DNA from: an uncultured delta proteobacterium
GTDB lineage: Bacteria; Myxococcota; Myxococcia; Myxococcales; Myxococcaceae
Reading direction: 5' to 3'
NCBI GenBank assembly: GCA_963796055.1
Contig: CAWCKH010000004.1
Coordinates: forward strand, 384,001 to 448,000
DNA length: 64,000 nucleotides
The notes beneath the pieces were generated by a model. It did not search any database. It was not told where the DNA came from and worked only from the letters and a program-made list of their open reading frames with translations. The number at the start of each line of letters is the position of its first letter. The first letter of the stretch is position 1. The translations under genes were made by a program, and so were the position numbers. Positions 29,123 to 38,519 of this stretch are shown in pieces.

Positions 29123-31177
29123 ATGCCCTTCCCCCCGCGTCTTCTCCTGCTCGCCATCGTGGTGGCGGCGACTGCCACCGCTGTACCGATCGCGCCGCCC
29201 TCTGGCAGCGGAATAGACATCGGAGCCATGGACCGCTCGGTGCGCCCGGGCGACGACTTCTTCGCCTACGCCAACGGGAAGTGGCTCGCGACGACCGAGA
29301 TCCCACCTGACCGTTCCACCTGGGGAGCTTCCGGCGAGCTCGAGGAGCGGCTCCGCAGCCAGACCCGGGACCTCCTCGAGGCCTCCGCCCGCTCGAGCCC
29401 CGCGCCTGGCTCACTGGAGCGGAAGGTCGGCGATTTCTACGCCTCGGCGATGGACGAGGCCGCGGTGGAAACGAAGGGCATCGCGCCGCTCAAGCCCGCC
29501 CTGTCGCGCATCGCCACGGTGAAGACCCGCGCCGATCTGGCCACCTACCTCGGCGAGGAGCTCCGTGCCGACGTGGACGCGATGGACTGCACCAGCTTCC
29601 AGACTTCCCGCCTGTTCGGCCTCTGGGTGGCGCCGGATCTGAACGCCCCGGCGCGAAGCGTCCCCTACCTCCTCCAGGGCGGCCTGGGCCTCCCCGACCG
29701 CGAGTACTACCTGTCGACCTCCCCCAAGATGGCCGAGACCCGCGAGAAGTACCGCGCGCACATCGAGGCCGTGCTCGCTCTGGCGGGCATCAAGGACGCC
29801 GCCACCCGGGCCACGCGCGTCTTCGCCCTGGAGACGAAGATGGCCCAGGCGCATGCGACCCGGCTCGAGTCCCTTCAAGTCAAGGACGCGAACAACCCGT
29901 GGCCTCCAAGCGAGTGGACCCGCCGCGCGCCGGGCCTCGACTGGGCTCGCTTCTTCGCCGCGGCAGGGCTCGGGGCGCAGCCAGTCGTCTTCGCCTGGCA
30001 CCCGAAGGCCACTGCTGGCCTCTCGGCGCTGGTCGCCGGGGAGCCGCTGGAGAGCTGGAAGGACTGGGCGACCTTCCACACCATCGATCGCCGCAGCCCG
30101 TTCCTCGGCAAGGCGTTCCAGAGCGAGGGCTTCGCCTTCCACGGTCGGGTGCTCGGCGGGGCGACGGAGCAGGCGGCGCGCTGGAAGCGAGCGCAGGACT
30201 GGCTCAACGCCCTGATCGGCGAGGCGGTGGGACGCCTCTATGTCAAGCGACACTTCACGCCCGAGGCGAAGGCGAAGGCGTCCGCGATGGTGAACTCCAT
30301 CGCCCGGGCCTTCGTCCGCCGCATCGACGCGCTGGACTGGATGGCGCCGTCGACCAAGGCACAGGCCAAGGTTAAGGTGGAGGCGCTCTACGTGGGCGTC
30401 GGCTATCCCGACCACTGGTCGGACTGGTCCGGGCTCGAGGTTCGACGCGGGGACCTGGTGGGCAACGTCGACCGTGCCGAGCGTTTCCAGCTCCGGCAAC
30501 GGCTGGCCGATCTCGGCAAGCCGGTCGACCGGACGTACTGGTGCATGCTCCCGCACGTCGTCAACGCGGTGAACCTGCCGATGCGCAATGCGCTGAGCTT
30601 CCCGGCGGGCATCCTCCAGCCGCCCTACTTCGATCCGGAGGCACCGGCTTCGATCAACTACGGCGCCATCGGCGGGACCGTCGGGCACGAGATCAGCCAC
30701 AGCTTCGACGACCAGGGCGCGCTCTTCGACGCCTCCGGCAAGCTCCGGAACTGGTGGACGAAGGAGGACCTGGCGCACTTCGAGGCCTCCGGCGCCCAGC
30801 TGGCCGCCCAGTACGACGCCTACCGACCCTTCCCGGACCTCCACGTGAACGGGAAGCAGACGCTGAGCGAGAACATCGCCGACCTGGCGGGCCTCGCCGC
30901 AGCACACGACGCATGGCTGGCCTCGCTCGGTGGCCGGTCTGCCCCGATGCTCCAGGGCTTCACCGGTGAGCAGCAGTTCTTCCTCGCCTACGCCCAGTCG
31001 TGGCGGACGAAGTTCCGCGAGCCGATGCTGCGCCTGCTGGTCGTGAGCGATGGCCACGCCCCGGACGCCTACCGCGCGCAGATCGTGCGGAACCTCGATG
31101 CCTGGTACCCGGCGTTCGAGGTGAAGGCTGGAGAGGCGCTCCATCTCGCCCCGAAGGACCGCGTCCGCGTCTGGTAA
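29123..31177 (+). CDS. Secreted M13-family (neprilysin/PepO) metallopeptidase
   Basis: RPGDDFFAYANGKW, GGLGLPDREYY, VNA, GHEISHSFDDQG, ENIADLAG. Confidence 0.96.
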   Translation: MPFPPRLLLLAIVVAATATAVPIAPPSGSGIDIGAMDRSVRPGDDFFAYANGKWLATTEIPPDRSTWGASGELEERLRSQTRDLLEASARSSPAPGSLERKVGDFYASAMDEAAVETKGIAPLKPALSRIATVKTRADLATYLGEELRADVDAMDCTSFQTSRLFGLWVAPDLNAPARSVPYLLQGGLGLPDREYYLSTSPKMAETREKYRAHIEAVLALAGIKDAATRATRVFALETKMAQAHATRLESLQVKDANNPWPPSEWTRRAPGLDWARFFAAAGLGAQPVVFAWHPKATAGLSALVAGEPLESWKDWATFHTIDRRSPFLGKAFQSEGFAFHGRVLGGATEQAARWKRAQDWLNALIGEAVGRLYVKRHFTPEAKAKASAMVNSIARAFVRRIDALDWMAPSTKAQAKVKVEALYVGVGYPDHWSDWSGLEVRRGDLVGNVDRAERFQLRQRLADLGKPVDRTYWCMLPHVVNAVNLPMRNALSFPAGILQPPYFDPEAPASINYGAIGGTVGHEISHSFDDQGALFDASGKLRNWWTKEDLAHFEASGAQLAAQYDAYRPFPDLHVNGKQTLSENIADLAGLAAAHDAWLASLGGRSAPMLQGFTGEQQFFLAYAQSWRTKFREPMLRLLVVSDGHAPDAYRAQIVRNLDAWYPAFEVKAGEALHLAPKDRVRVW

Positions 31178-31185
31178 GAGGAGAC

Positions 31186-32172
31186 ATGAGCCCCCGCTCG
31201 CTGACCCTGACCGCGGTCGCCCTGGGATCGGTGCTGGCCGCCTGTGCCGCCCCGGCCACCGCCGTGCGCCCCTCCGTCCTGCCCATCGAGGAGGGCTTCG
31301 TCGACAACGGAGGCGTGCTGCTCTACTTCAAGTCGGTCGGGCACGGTCCGCCCCTGGTCATCGTGCACGGTGGGCCGGGCGCGTCGCACGACTACTTCCT
31401 GCCCAACCTGTACCGGCTCGCCTCGCGCTACCGGCTGGTGTTCGTCGACGAGCGAGGGTCGGGCCGCTCGCCGCGGCTGGAGGATCCCGACCAGTACACC
31501 GCGGAGAAGATGGCCGACGACGTGGAGGCGGTGCGGGCCGCGCTCCAGCTGGGGAAGATTGCGCTGTTCGGCCACTCGTACGGCGGAGTGGTGGTGCAGG
31601 CCTACGCCTTCAAGTACCAGGAAAATCTCAGCCACCTGATCCTCGGTAGCACCTTCTCCAGCACCCGTGAGCTGAACCAGGCGCTGGCCCGCATGAAGGA
31701 GGCGATGCCGGCGGACAAGCGCGCCCGGCTCGATGCGCTGGAGCAGGCCGGCCTGTTCGACAAGGGCGAGCTGTACGAGCGGGGCCGCTATCCGGACGAG
31801 TACGCCAAGCTCGCCTGGGGCGTCGGCTACTTCCCCAAGCTCTACGGCGCGCACCCCGACGCCAACTACGACCCACTGCTCCAGAACACCACCAACTCCT
31901 GGGAGCTCTATCGAGCCATGTGGGGCTCGCATGGCGAGTTCGTGGTCGACGGGAACCTGACCGAGGTCGAATGGGTCGACCGGCTCTCCCAGATCAAGGT
32001 GCCGACGCTGATCCTGGTGGGCGACCACGACCAGTCCGACCCGGCGATGTCTCGCGAGATGAACGCCAAGATTCCGGGGTCCAAGCTGGTCGTGCTTCCG
32101 AACTCGGGGCACATGACCTTCGTCGACCAGCCGGACCTGTTCGTGAAGGCGATCACCGACTTCGTCCGCTGA
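31186..32172 (+). CDS. Proline-iminopeptidase-like alpha/beta hydrolase, probable lipoprotein
   Basis: Lipobox LAAC; HGGPG, GHSYGG, GDHD, SGH; GAGGAG RBS. Confidence 0.88.
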   Translation: MSPRSLTLTAVALGSVLAACAAPATAVRPSVLPIEEGFVDNGGVLLYFKSVGHGPPLVIVHGGPGASHDYFLPNLYRLASRYRLVFVDERGSGRSPRLEDPDQYTAEKMADDVEAVRAALQLGKIALFGHSYGGVVVQAYAFKYQENLSHLILGSTFSSTRELNQALARMKEAMPADKRARLDALEQAGLFDKGELYERGRYPDEYAKLAWGVGYFPKLYGAHPDANYDPLLQNTTNSWELYRAMWGSHGEFVVDGNLTEVEWVDRLSQIKVPTLILVGDHDQSDPAMSREMNAKIPGSKLVVLPNSGHMTFVDQPDLFVKAITDFVR

Positions 32173-32178
32173 GCGCGT

Positions 32179-32976
32179 CTACGAGGGCAGGACCAGCTTC
32201 CGGGTGCGGTTGCCGAGAATGCCGACCGCCGTCCCTCGGGGGAGGATCCGCCGCATCAGGAAGGAGGCGAAACGGTTGAAGCGCCCGGGGATCATCAGCC
32301 CGGAGTGGCCGAGCCGTCCGAGCGCCTCTTCCACGGCCTGAGCCGGCTCGATCATCCCGGGCTCTCCCTGGGGCGAGGCGCGCAGAAAGCCCGGGGTCCG
32401 GGTCGCTCCCGCGGCGCAGGCGAGCACGTCTACCCCGCGCGCGCGCAGCTCGAACCACAGGCCTTCCCCGAGCACCAGGTTGAACGCCTTGGTCGCGCCG
32501 TAGGCGGCGATGAACGGGCTGCCCTGGAACCCGGTGAGTGACGACATCAGGACCAGCCCGCCCCGTCCGCGCGCCGCCATCCGCCTGCCCAGCACGTGCG
32601 CCATCGTCAGAGGTCCGCGGCAGTTCACGTCCACGCTGCGCAGCTGGTCGTCGAGCGCCAGATCCAGGAACTGCCCGCGCGGCGCATGCGCGGCGTTGAA
32701 GAGCCCGAAGCCCACCTCCAGCTCCTGGCTCAGCCGCTCGACCTCGACGCCGAAGTCCGGGCTGGCGAGATCCAGGCAGACGGTGCGCACCTCGACGGCG
32801 CGCCGGGCGCGGATCGAGGCGGCCGTGGCCTCGAGCACCTCGCGGCGGCGGGCGATGAGCACCAGATGCAGCCCCCGCGCGGCGAGCGCCTCGGCCCACG
32901 CCGCCCCGAGCCCCTCGGAGGCGCCAGCCACGATCGCCCAGCGTCCGTACCTGCGCACGAAGCTCTCGTCGCTCAC
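32179..32976 (-). CDS. Short-chain dehydrogenase/reductase (17-beta-HSD3/KAR-like)
   Basis: YGRWAIVAGASEGLG, YGATK, LWFELR..GVDV. Confidence 0.9.
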   Translation of the reverse strand: MSDESFVRRYGRWAIVAGASEGLGAAWAEALAARGLHLVLIARRREVLEATAASIRARRAVEVRTVCLDLASPDFGVEVERLSQELEVGFGLFNAAHAPRGQFLDLALDDQLRSVDVNCRGPLTMAHVLGRRMAARGRGGLVLMSSLTGFQGSPFIAAYGATKAFNLVLGEGLWFELRARGVDVLACAAGATRTPGFLRASPQGEPGMIEPAQAVEEALGRLGHSGLMIPGRFNRFASFLMRRILPRGTAVGILGNRTRKLVLPS

Positions 32977-32986
32977 CGGGGTGTCC

Positions 32987-34054
32987 TCAATAGATGAAGG
33001 GAACGATGCGCCACCGCACCCGCTCCCGGTAGGTGTTCCACAGCGGGCCGTACTTCTCGGCGCAGCGGCGGTCGTCGTCCAGCTGCCGCGGCACCAGGAG
33101 CGCGAGGTAGTAGAGCGGGTACAGCCAGGGGCCGAGCACGTCCGGATGACCGAGGCTCAAGCTCAGAGCGGACGCCATCAACAGCTCTCCGAGGTAGTTG
33201 ATGTGGCGCGAGAGGCCCCAGAAGCCACTCACCAGCACCCGACCCTCGAGCGCCTCGGGAGAGAGCACCCCGAACGCTTTCCGGGATGGGTCGCGCTTGA
33301 ACCAGTACTTCTGGAGGTTCGCGCCACGGGCGAGCACCCACCCGATGAAGAAGAGAACCGCGATCGGCGCGTACGCCCACCCGGGCCACTGCGGGTTGGG
33401 AAGCTCGGCGGTCGTCCACAGACCGACGGCGTAGAAGAACGGGTAGAAGCAGAAGCAGCCCCAACCGAGCTTGAAACCGACGCGTTCGGCGACGAAGTCG
33501 TAGGTGTAGAGGTGCACCTGCTCGAAGAGGAGGTACTCGACGAGAAAGAAGCCGAAGAGCACCAGGTACAGGATCACGCCGGGCGACGGGTCTGCCGCCT
33601 GCACCAGGAAGTGGTGCGCTCCGAACGACATGAGATTTAGCTCGAGCATCACCGCCCCGAGCAGGTAGAGGAACATCTTGACGTCGACCCGTCCCCCGAG
33701 CCACCGCGGCTGCTCGAGCCGACCGAGGTAGAGCTGTTTGCCGAGACTCCAGCCGGGCACCTTCGGGGCCGGCAGCACGACGAACAGGGTGAAGAGCACT
33801 CCCAGAGCGCTGGCGCCGGCGGCCATCTCCCAGCGGTGGACGTAGAACGCGTCCCACGCCAGCCACCCTGCGCGGCAGACGCCCACCCAGGCTGCGACGC
33901 TCACCGCGAACACCAGCGGGCCGTTGAGTCGGTAGCCGAGCGGAACGCCACGCGCATCACGCACGTAGCCTTCGACCCGGCGCGCCGGCAACAACGCGTG
34001 GAGCGCGAAGATGCCGCCGGCGATGACCAGAGGCCAGGCGAACGCGAACGACAC
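32987..34054 (-). CDS. ERG4/ERG24-family sterol reductase (C14 or C7 reductase-like)
   Basis: YRLNG, LYTYDFVAERVGFKLGWG, GANLQK..FK, LVSGFWGLSRHINYLGE, DDRRCAEKYG..W..Y..RV.WRIVPFIY. Confidence 0.88.
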   Translation of the reverse strand: MSFAFAWPLVIAGGIFALHALLPARRVEGYVRDARGVPLGYRLNGPLVFAVSVAAWVGVCRAGWLAWDAFYVHRWEMAAGASALGVLFTLFVVLPAPKVPGWSLGKQLYLGRLEQPRWLGGRVDVKMFLYLLGAVMLELNLMSFGAHHFLVQAADPSPGVILYLVLFGFFLVEYLLFEQVHLYTYDFVAERVGFKLGWGCFCFYPFFYAVGLWTTAELPNPQWPGWAYAPIAVLFFIGWVLARGANLQKYWFKRDPSRKAFGVLSPEALEGRVLVSGFWGLSRHINYLGELLMASALSLSLGHPDVLGPWLYPLYYLALLVPRQLDDDRRCAEKYGPLWNTYRERVRWRIVPFIY

Positions 34055-34203
34055 GGGAGCACCCTAGCAGCCCGCCCCCCGCCCGCCCGAGACCCCGTGG
34101 CGGGCGACACCGCGCCTCCGAGGGTCGGCCGCTGCGTCAACCGGAGTGCTGTTCAAGGCCGCGGAACGGGCCTGGGCCTCGTCACCTGTGGCAGGGTTCA
34201 CCC

Positions 34204-35992
34204 GTGGCCAGCCCCGACGACGTCATTCCAGAGCTCCCGAAACTGCCGCCGGGTTCGGAGTTCGCGTACCTCGAAGCCAGGCGCCACGAGATTTTCGCCC
34301 CACTCGACGAGGCCGACATTCCCCGCGTCGCCCGTTTCGGGGAGCGCCGCTCCTATCCAGATGGAGCCATGCTGTTCGAGGTGGGGAAGCCCGGACCGGG
34401 GATGTACATGCTCCTCTCCGGGCGGGTGGTCTTCGGCCGCCGCGATGCCCTCGGGCGAAGGATCCCCGTCTGGGAGCGCCGGGGGCCGGGCCACGTTCTC
34501 GCCGAGGTCGGACAGCTTTCGGGGGCCGATGCCCTGCTGGATGTCCAGGCCTGCGGCCCGGTGGAGGTGGTGCTCATTCCTCCGGAGGGCCTCCGGACCC
34601 TGCTCGTCACCGAGGTCGACCTGGGTGGGCGCATCCTCCGCACCCTCACCCTCCGGCGGCTCGGCTTGCTGGCGCTCGGCTTCGGTGGGCCGGTTCTGAT
34701 GGGCTCTCCCGGTGATTCCCGGCTGCGAGCGCTCCAGGAATTCCTCGTGCGCAGCGGCCACCCCCATTCGGTCCTCGACCCCCAGACCGACGGTGATGCC
34801 GCGGACGTGGTCTCCCGCCATGCGTCGGGGCCGGAGGATCTGCCTCTGGTCGTCTGCCCCGGCGGATCGGTTCTCAAGAACCCGGGGGACATCGCCCTGG
34901 GCAGGTACCTGAACGTCCTGCCCAACTCCATCCGGGAGCGCGGCTACGACGTCGCCGTGGTTGGGGCGGGGCCGTCCGGCCTCGCGACCGCGGTCTACGC
35001 GGCCTCGGAGGGTCTCTCGATCCTGGTCATCGACGCCCGGGGATTCGGGGGGCAGGCCGGCGCCAGCGCACGGATCGAGAACTTCTTCGGCTTCACCACC
35101 GGGATCACCGGCCAGGAGCTCGTCGGGCGAGGCTTCACCCAGGCTCAGAAGTTCGGGGCCGAGTTCGCCATGCCAGCGGTGGTGACCGGGCTCTTGTGCC
35201 ATCCACGAGAGGCCTCGACCACGCCGCTCTCCCTCTCTCTCGACGATGGGCGGACGGTCTCCAGCCGCGCCGTCGTCATCGCCTCCGGTGCGCGCTACCG
35301 CCGCCCGTCGATCCCCGACCTTCAAGAATTCGAGGGGCGCGGGGTCTCCTACTGGGCCTCTCCCATCGAAGCCCGCGGTTGCCGGGGACGAGACGTGGTG
35401 CTGATCGGCGGTGGGAACTCCGCGGGACAGGCCGCGGTCTTTCTCTCCGGCCATGCAGCCCGGGTTCTGCTGCTGGTCCGGGGCCCGTCGCTGTCCCAGA
35501 CGATGTCGCGCTACCTCGTGGAGCGGATTGGCGCCACCTCCAACATCCAAGTCCAGCCCTTCACCGAGCTCACCGGGTTGAAGGGGAACGAGCAAGGAGA
35601 GCTGGAGAGGATCCGGTGGAAGAACCATCGGACCGGGTCCGAGACCGAGGCAGACATCGGTCACGTCTTCGTGTTCGTCGGCGCCGAACCGGCGACCGAA
35701 TGGCTCCGGGGCTGCGACGTCGCGCTCGACACGAAGGGTTTCGTGAAGACCGGGGTCGATTCTCAGCCTTCAGGAGCTGGTTCGCGCCGGGCGGAGAGAG
35801 GTTCCCCGCCCGCTGGAGACCAACGTGCCAGGTGTCTTCGCCATCGGCGACGTGCGGTCCGGTTCGGTGAAACGCGTCGGGGGCGCGATCGGCGAAGGAG
35901 CGGCCGTGGTCGCCCAGCTTCACACCTACCTGGCCGATCTGGCCGAGCGGAGGCAGGGGCCTTCCGACGAGCTGGCGGACCGTCAGCGCTGA
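34204..35992 (+). pseudogene. Cyclic-nucleotide-binding domain + thioredoxin-reductase-like FAD oxidoreductase, broken by a +1 frameshift near 35,760
   Basis: cNMP domain, then GAGPSG, GGQAG.S..IEN, GGGNSAGQAA. The terminal LETNVPGVFAIGDVRSGSVKRVGGAIGEG lies in the next frame (35813-35992). Could be a sequencing error. Confidence 0.85.
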
Positions 35993-36135
35993 CGCCGCAA
36001 GATGCGAAACGCGAGCCCATGGGTGAGAAGCAAGAGCGGCACCAGGGCGGTCGGAATGAAGTACGCAGCGCCTTGAAGCCCGGGGTCGAGGTCCACGCCG
36101 GTGCGATTGCCCTGGTAGTAGGCGTTGAGCAGGTG
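35983..36135 (-). pseudogene. C-terminal remnant of a membrane protein
   Basis: A start-less frame HLLNAYYQGNRTGVDLDPGLQGAAYFIPTALVPLLLLTHGLAFRILRRQR* begins 3 nt after the TPR gene stop. Confidence 0.55.
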
Positions 36136-36138
36136 CCG

Positions 36139-37056
36139 TCAGAGCAGGGCCTCGGCCTGCTTGACCAGCTCGTCGTCGTCGAAGCGTTTTGCAAGCGCCA
36201 GGGCCTCCTCCGCATGCTTGCGCCGTTCCAGAGGATTCTTCGCCGTTCGCGCCAGCCGCAGTTGGACCTGGATCGCCACGAGGTTGCTCCCGCAGCGCGT
36301 CGCCGTCGCCAGCGCCTCCCCCAGCAGCCCCGGGATCTTCTCCCGGGACCGGTTCGCCTTCTCGTAGAAGTCGGCCAGGGTGATCTGCGCGAACGCCGAC
36401 AGCACGCAGGCGTTTCCCTCCAGCCGCAGCCGCGCCGACTCCACGAAGCCCTTCTCCGCCTGATCGAGGTGGCCCCGGTCCTCCTCACTGGCGGCCAGAT
36501 GCCGGTGGAAGAACGATTCGAGGACTCCATCCTTCAGCGAGCGCGCCTGGGCCAGGCCCTTGCGGAATCGCTCGTCCCCGGCGTCCAGGCGGTTCTGCTG
36601 CTGCTCGACCAGGCCGAGGTAGAACCAGGCCTCGGCCTCGCCTCGGGTGTCTTTCACCTCTGCGTAGAGCTTCTGGGCGCGCTCGAAGAGCTCTTGCGAC
36701 ACACCCCACTGCTTGTTCTTGAACGCCCGCCAGTAGAAGAGCCGGCCTCGGCTCATCAGGGCATCGGCCAGCAGCCCGGAGTCCTTTCCATGCTCCGCGA
36801 GCGCGAGCGCCTCGGCCGACGTCTGGTCGGCGAGCTGCTCGTCCTGGAGATGGTAGGAATTGCTGGTCACCTGCGCCCGGGCCAGCAGCACGGAAGTACG
36901 GACCCGTGCCCCGGCGTCGGCGCCGCCGTCGGTCGCAGCGAGCTGGTGTCTCAGCCCGCCGAGCACCTGTTCCCACTCCCCGCGGTAGAGACGGCCGTCG
37001 AGCTCCTCCGCCGGGGTGCCGGAGAGCACGGCGAGGACGATCAGAGCAGGATTCAC
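36139..37056 (-). CDS. Exported TPR-like helical repeat protein
   Basis: Short hydrophobic N-terminus; repeated A..L...G...A...F..A helices (GEAEAWFYLGLV). Confidence 0.75.
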   Translation of the reverse strand: MNPALIVLAVLSGTPAEELDGRLYRGEWEQVLGGLRHQLAATDGGADAGARVRTSVLLARAQVTSNSYHLQDEQLADQTSAEALALAEHGKDSGLLADALMSRGRLFYWRAFKNKQWGVSQELFERAQKLYAEVKDTRGEAEAWFYLGLVEQQQNRLDAGDERFRKGLAQARSLKDGVLESFFHRHLAASEEDRGHLDQAEKGFVESARLRLEGNACVLSAFAQITLADFYEKANRSREKIPGLLGEALATATRCGSNLVAIQVQLRLARTAKNPLERRKHAEEALALAKRFDDDELVKQAEALL

Positions 37057-37228
37057 CCGCCGACCCTAACCAGACCAAGCCCCCCGGCCCTCGCTTTGCA
37101 GCCGGCCGTCTAGGGGAGCCTGCGAAGCCAGCCACGCCGGATTCTGAGGCTCCCGACATCCGCGACGAACACGAGCCTCGACCGCCCTGACCGGCGCACC
37201 GTCGCCGTGCGCCGGCGCGTGGCACGCC

Positions 37229-37381
37229 TCAGGCTGGTCCCTCGGCCTCCAGCACCGAGAGGATGTTGCCCCCCGGGTCCGTGAACCAGGCGATGGTGGG
37301 GCCCTCGCCGCGGAAGATCCCCTGGTCGTCCGTCTGGTAGGGCCCTTCCCGGTAGACCTGGAAGCGGACGCCGCGCTCGCC
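37229..37381 (-). pseudogene. C-terminal remnant of a VOC/glyoxalase-family protein
   Basis: ERGVRF..Y....[31 protein letters not shown]-terminal half absent. Confidence 0.7.
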
Positions 37382-37404
37382 CCGAGAATCGGTCCGGTGG
37401 CCCC

Positions 37405-37476
37405 TCAGGCGCGTCGCCGCCTCAGTGCCCGCAGCATCAACATGAGCAGCACCGCCCCGACGAAGGCGATGACCAC
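37405..37476 (-). pseudogene. C-terminal remnant resembling GlsB/YeaQ/YmgE stress membrane protein
   Basis: [23 protein letters not shown] with no upstream part. Confidence 0.5.
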
Positions 37477-37479
37477 GCA

Positions 37480-37563
37480 AGCACGGGGACGACCGGGACG
37501 GGCAGCACGGGAACCACCGGCACGACGGGCTCCGGCTCGACCACCGAGACGCCCCGGCGCTAG
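37480..37563 (+). pseudogene. C-terminal remnant of a Thr/Gly-rich low-complexity protein
   Basis: Frame [27 protein letters not shown] with GC3-biased codons, followed by a hairpin. Confidence 0.45.
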
Positions 37564-37575
37564 CGGCAGTCTGGC

Positions 37576-37608
37576 GTGAGGGCCGGGACCGGGCACCCCG
37601 GCCCTCAC
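37576..37608. terminator. Stem-loop GTGAGGGCCGGG-N9-CCCGGCCCTCAC
   Basis: 12-bp perfect inverted repeat downstream of the Thr/Gly remnant and of the convergent ICMT gene. Confidence 0.55.
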
Positions 37609-37661
37609 CGTTCCAGGGCACGCAACACGGCCTTCATCACCCTCGGGGCCGCGAGCCTCGG

Positions 37662-38399
37662 CTACCAGACCAGCGGGATGACCCTCCAGCGGACCTTCCG
37701 GACGTAGTCGGAGTAGCCCGGCAGCTCCTCGCGCAGAAAGCGCTCCTCGATGCGCACGCGAAGCACGAGGATCGCGATGGGGACGAGGGCCAGGAGCGCT
37801 CCGGCGTAAGAGCCGAGCCACAGCGGCATCCCCGCCATCAGCAGGATCGCACCCGCGTACATCGGATGGCGGACGACGCGATAGACGCCGGTCTGGACGA
37901 CGAACTGCCCGCGCTCCACCTGATGCTTGACCACCGGGGCGGCGAAGGCATTCTCGCGCAAGGTCAGGGCAATCACCGTCCAGCCTGCGACGAACATCAG
38001 GAGCCCGAATGTCGCGAGGCCGGGCCCCGGTCCCCCGAGCATCCGGAACCGGAAGACGTCGAGCGGGATGAAGGCCACCAGCGCCACGAACGAGAGCAGC
38101 AGTGCCGTGACCAGGATCCGGTCGGCGAGCGGCTGACCTCGCTGCAAGGGCGGCTTGTATCGCTCGTCGAGGAGATCGGGCCGGGTCCGGAAGATGCCGA
38201 ACATCGTGATCGCGGAGGCGAGGACCACCACGCCCAGGAACACCCACGCGCGCGGCCAGTCGAGCGTCCCGGTGGGAACGAGGAGCAAGACTCCGAAGAT
38301 GGCCGCCGGATAGACGACTCCTCCGACCAGCTTGAGGATGAAAGGAAGCGTCGAGCGACCGGGTGAACCCGGCGACGCCGCGTCGGAGGATCGCCCCAT
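37662..38399 (-). CDS. Isoprenylcysteine carboxyl methyltransferase (ICMT/PEMT)-family membrane protein
   Basis: PDLLDER, EN.FA..VV..Q..RGQ.VV.TG.Y..VRHPMYAG, RVRIEE..L..ELPGY.DY..KVRWR.IP.VW. Confidence 0.9.
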   Translation of the reverse strand: MGRSSDAASPGSPGRSTLPFILKLVGGVVYPAAIFGVLLLVPTGTLDWPRAWVFLGVVVLASAITMFGIFRTRPDLLDERYKPPLQRGQPLADRILVTALLLSFVALVAFIPLDVFRFRMLGGPGPGLATFGLLMFVAGWTVIALTLRENAFAAPVVKHQVERGQFVVQTGVYRVVRHPMYAGAILLMAGMPLWLGSYAGALLALVPIAILVLRVRIEERFLREELPGYSDYVRKVRWRVIPLVW

Positions 38400-38519
38400 G
38401 TCGCCCGGGATCTAACTGCGGCGAGGTCCGATTCACGATCCCAGCAGCGTTCGTGACCAGACGGCGGGGAGCCTGGAATACCAGCCTGCGCCCTCGCGTC
38501 GAACATCCATGAGGATGCA

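Noticed and set aside
34204..37113. 969-aa ORF as one giant protein
   Set aside because: Homology shifts frame at about 35,760; the remainder is antisense read-through of the TPR gene.
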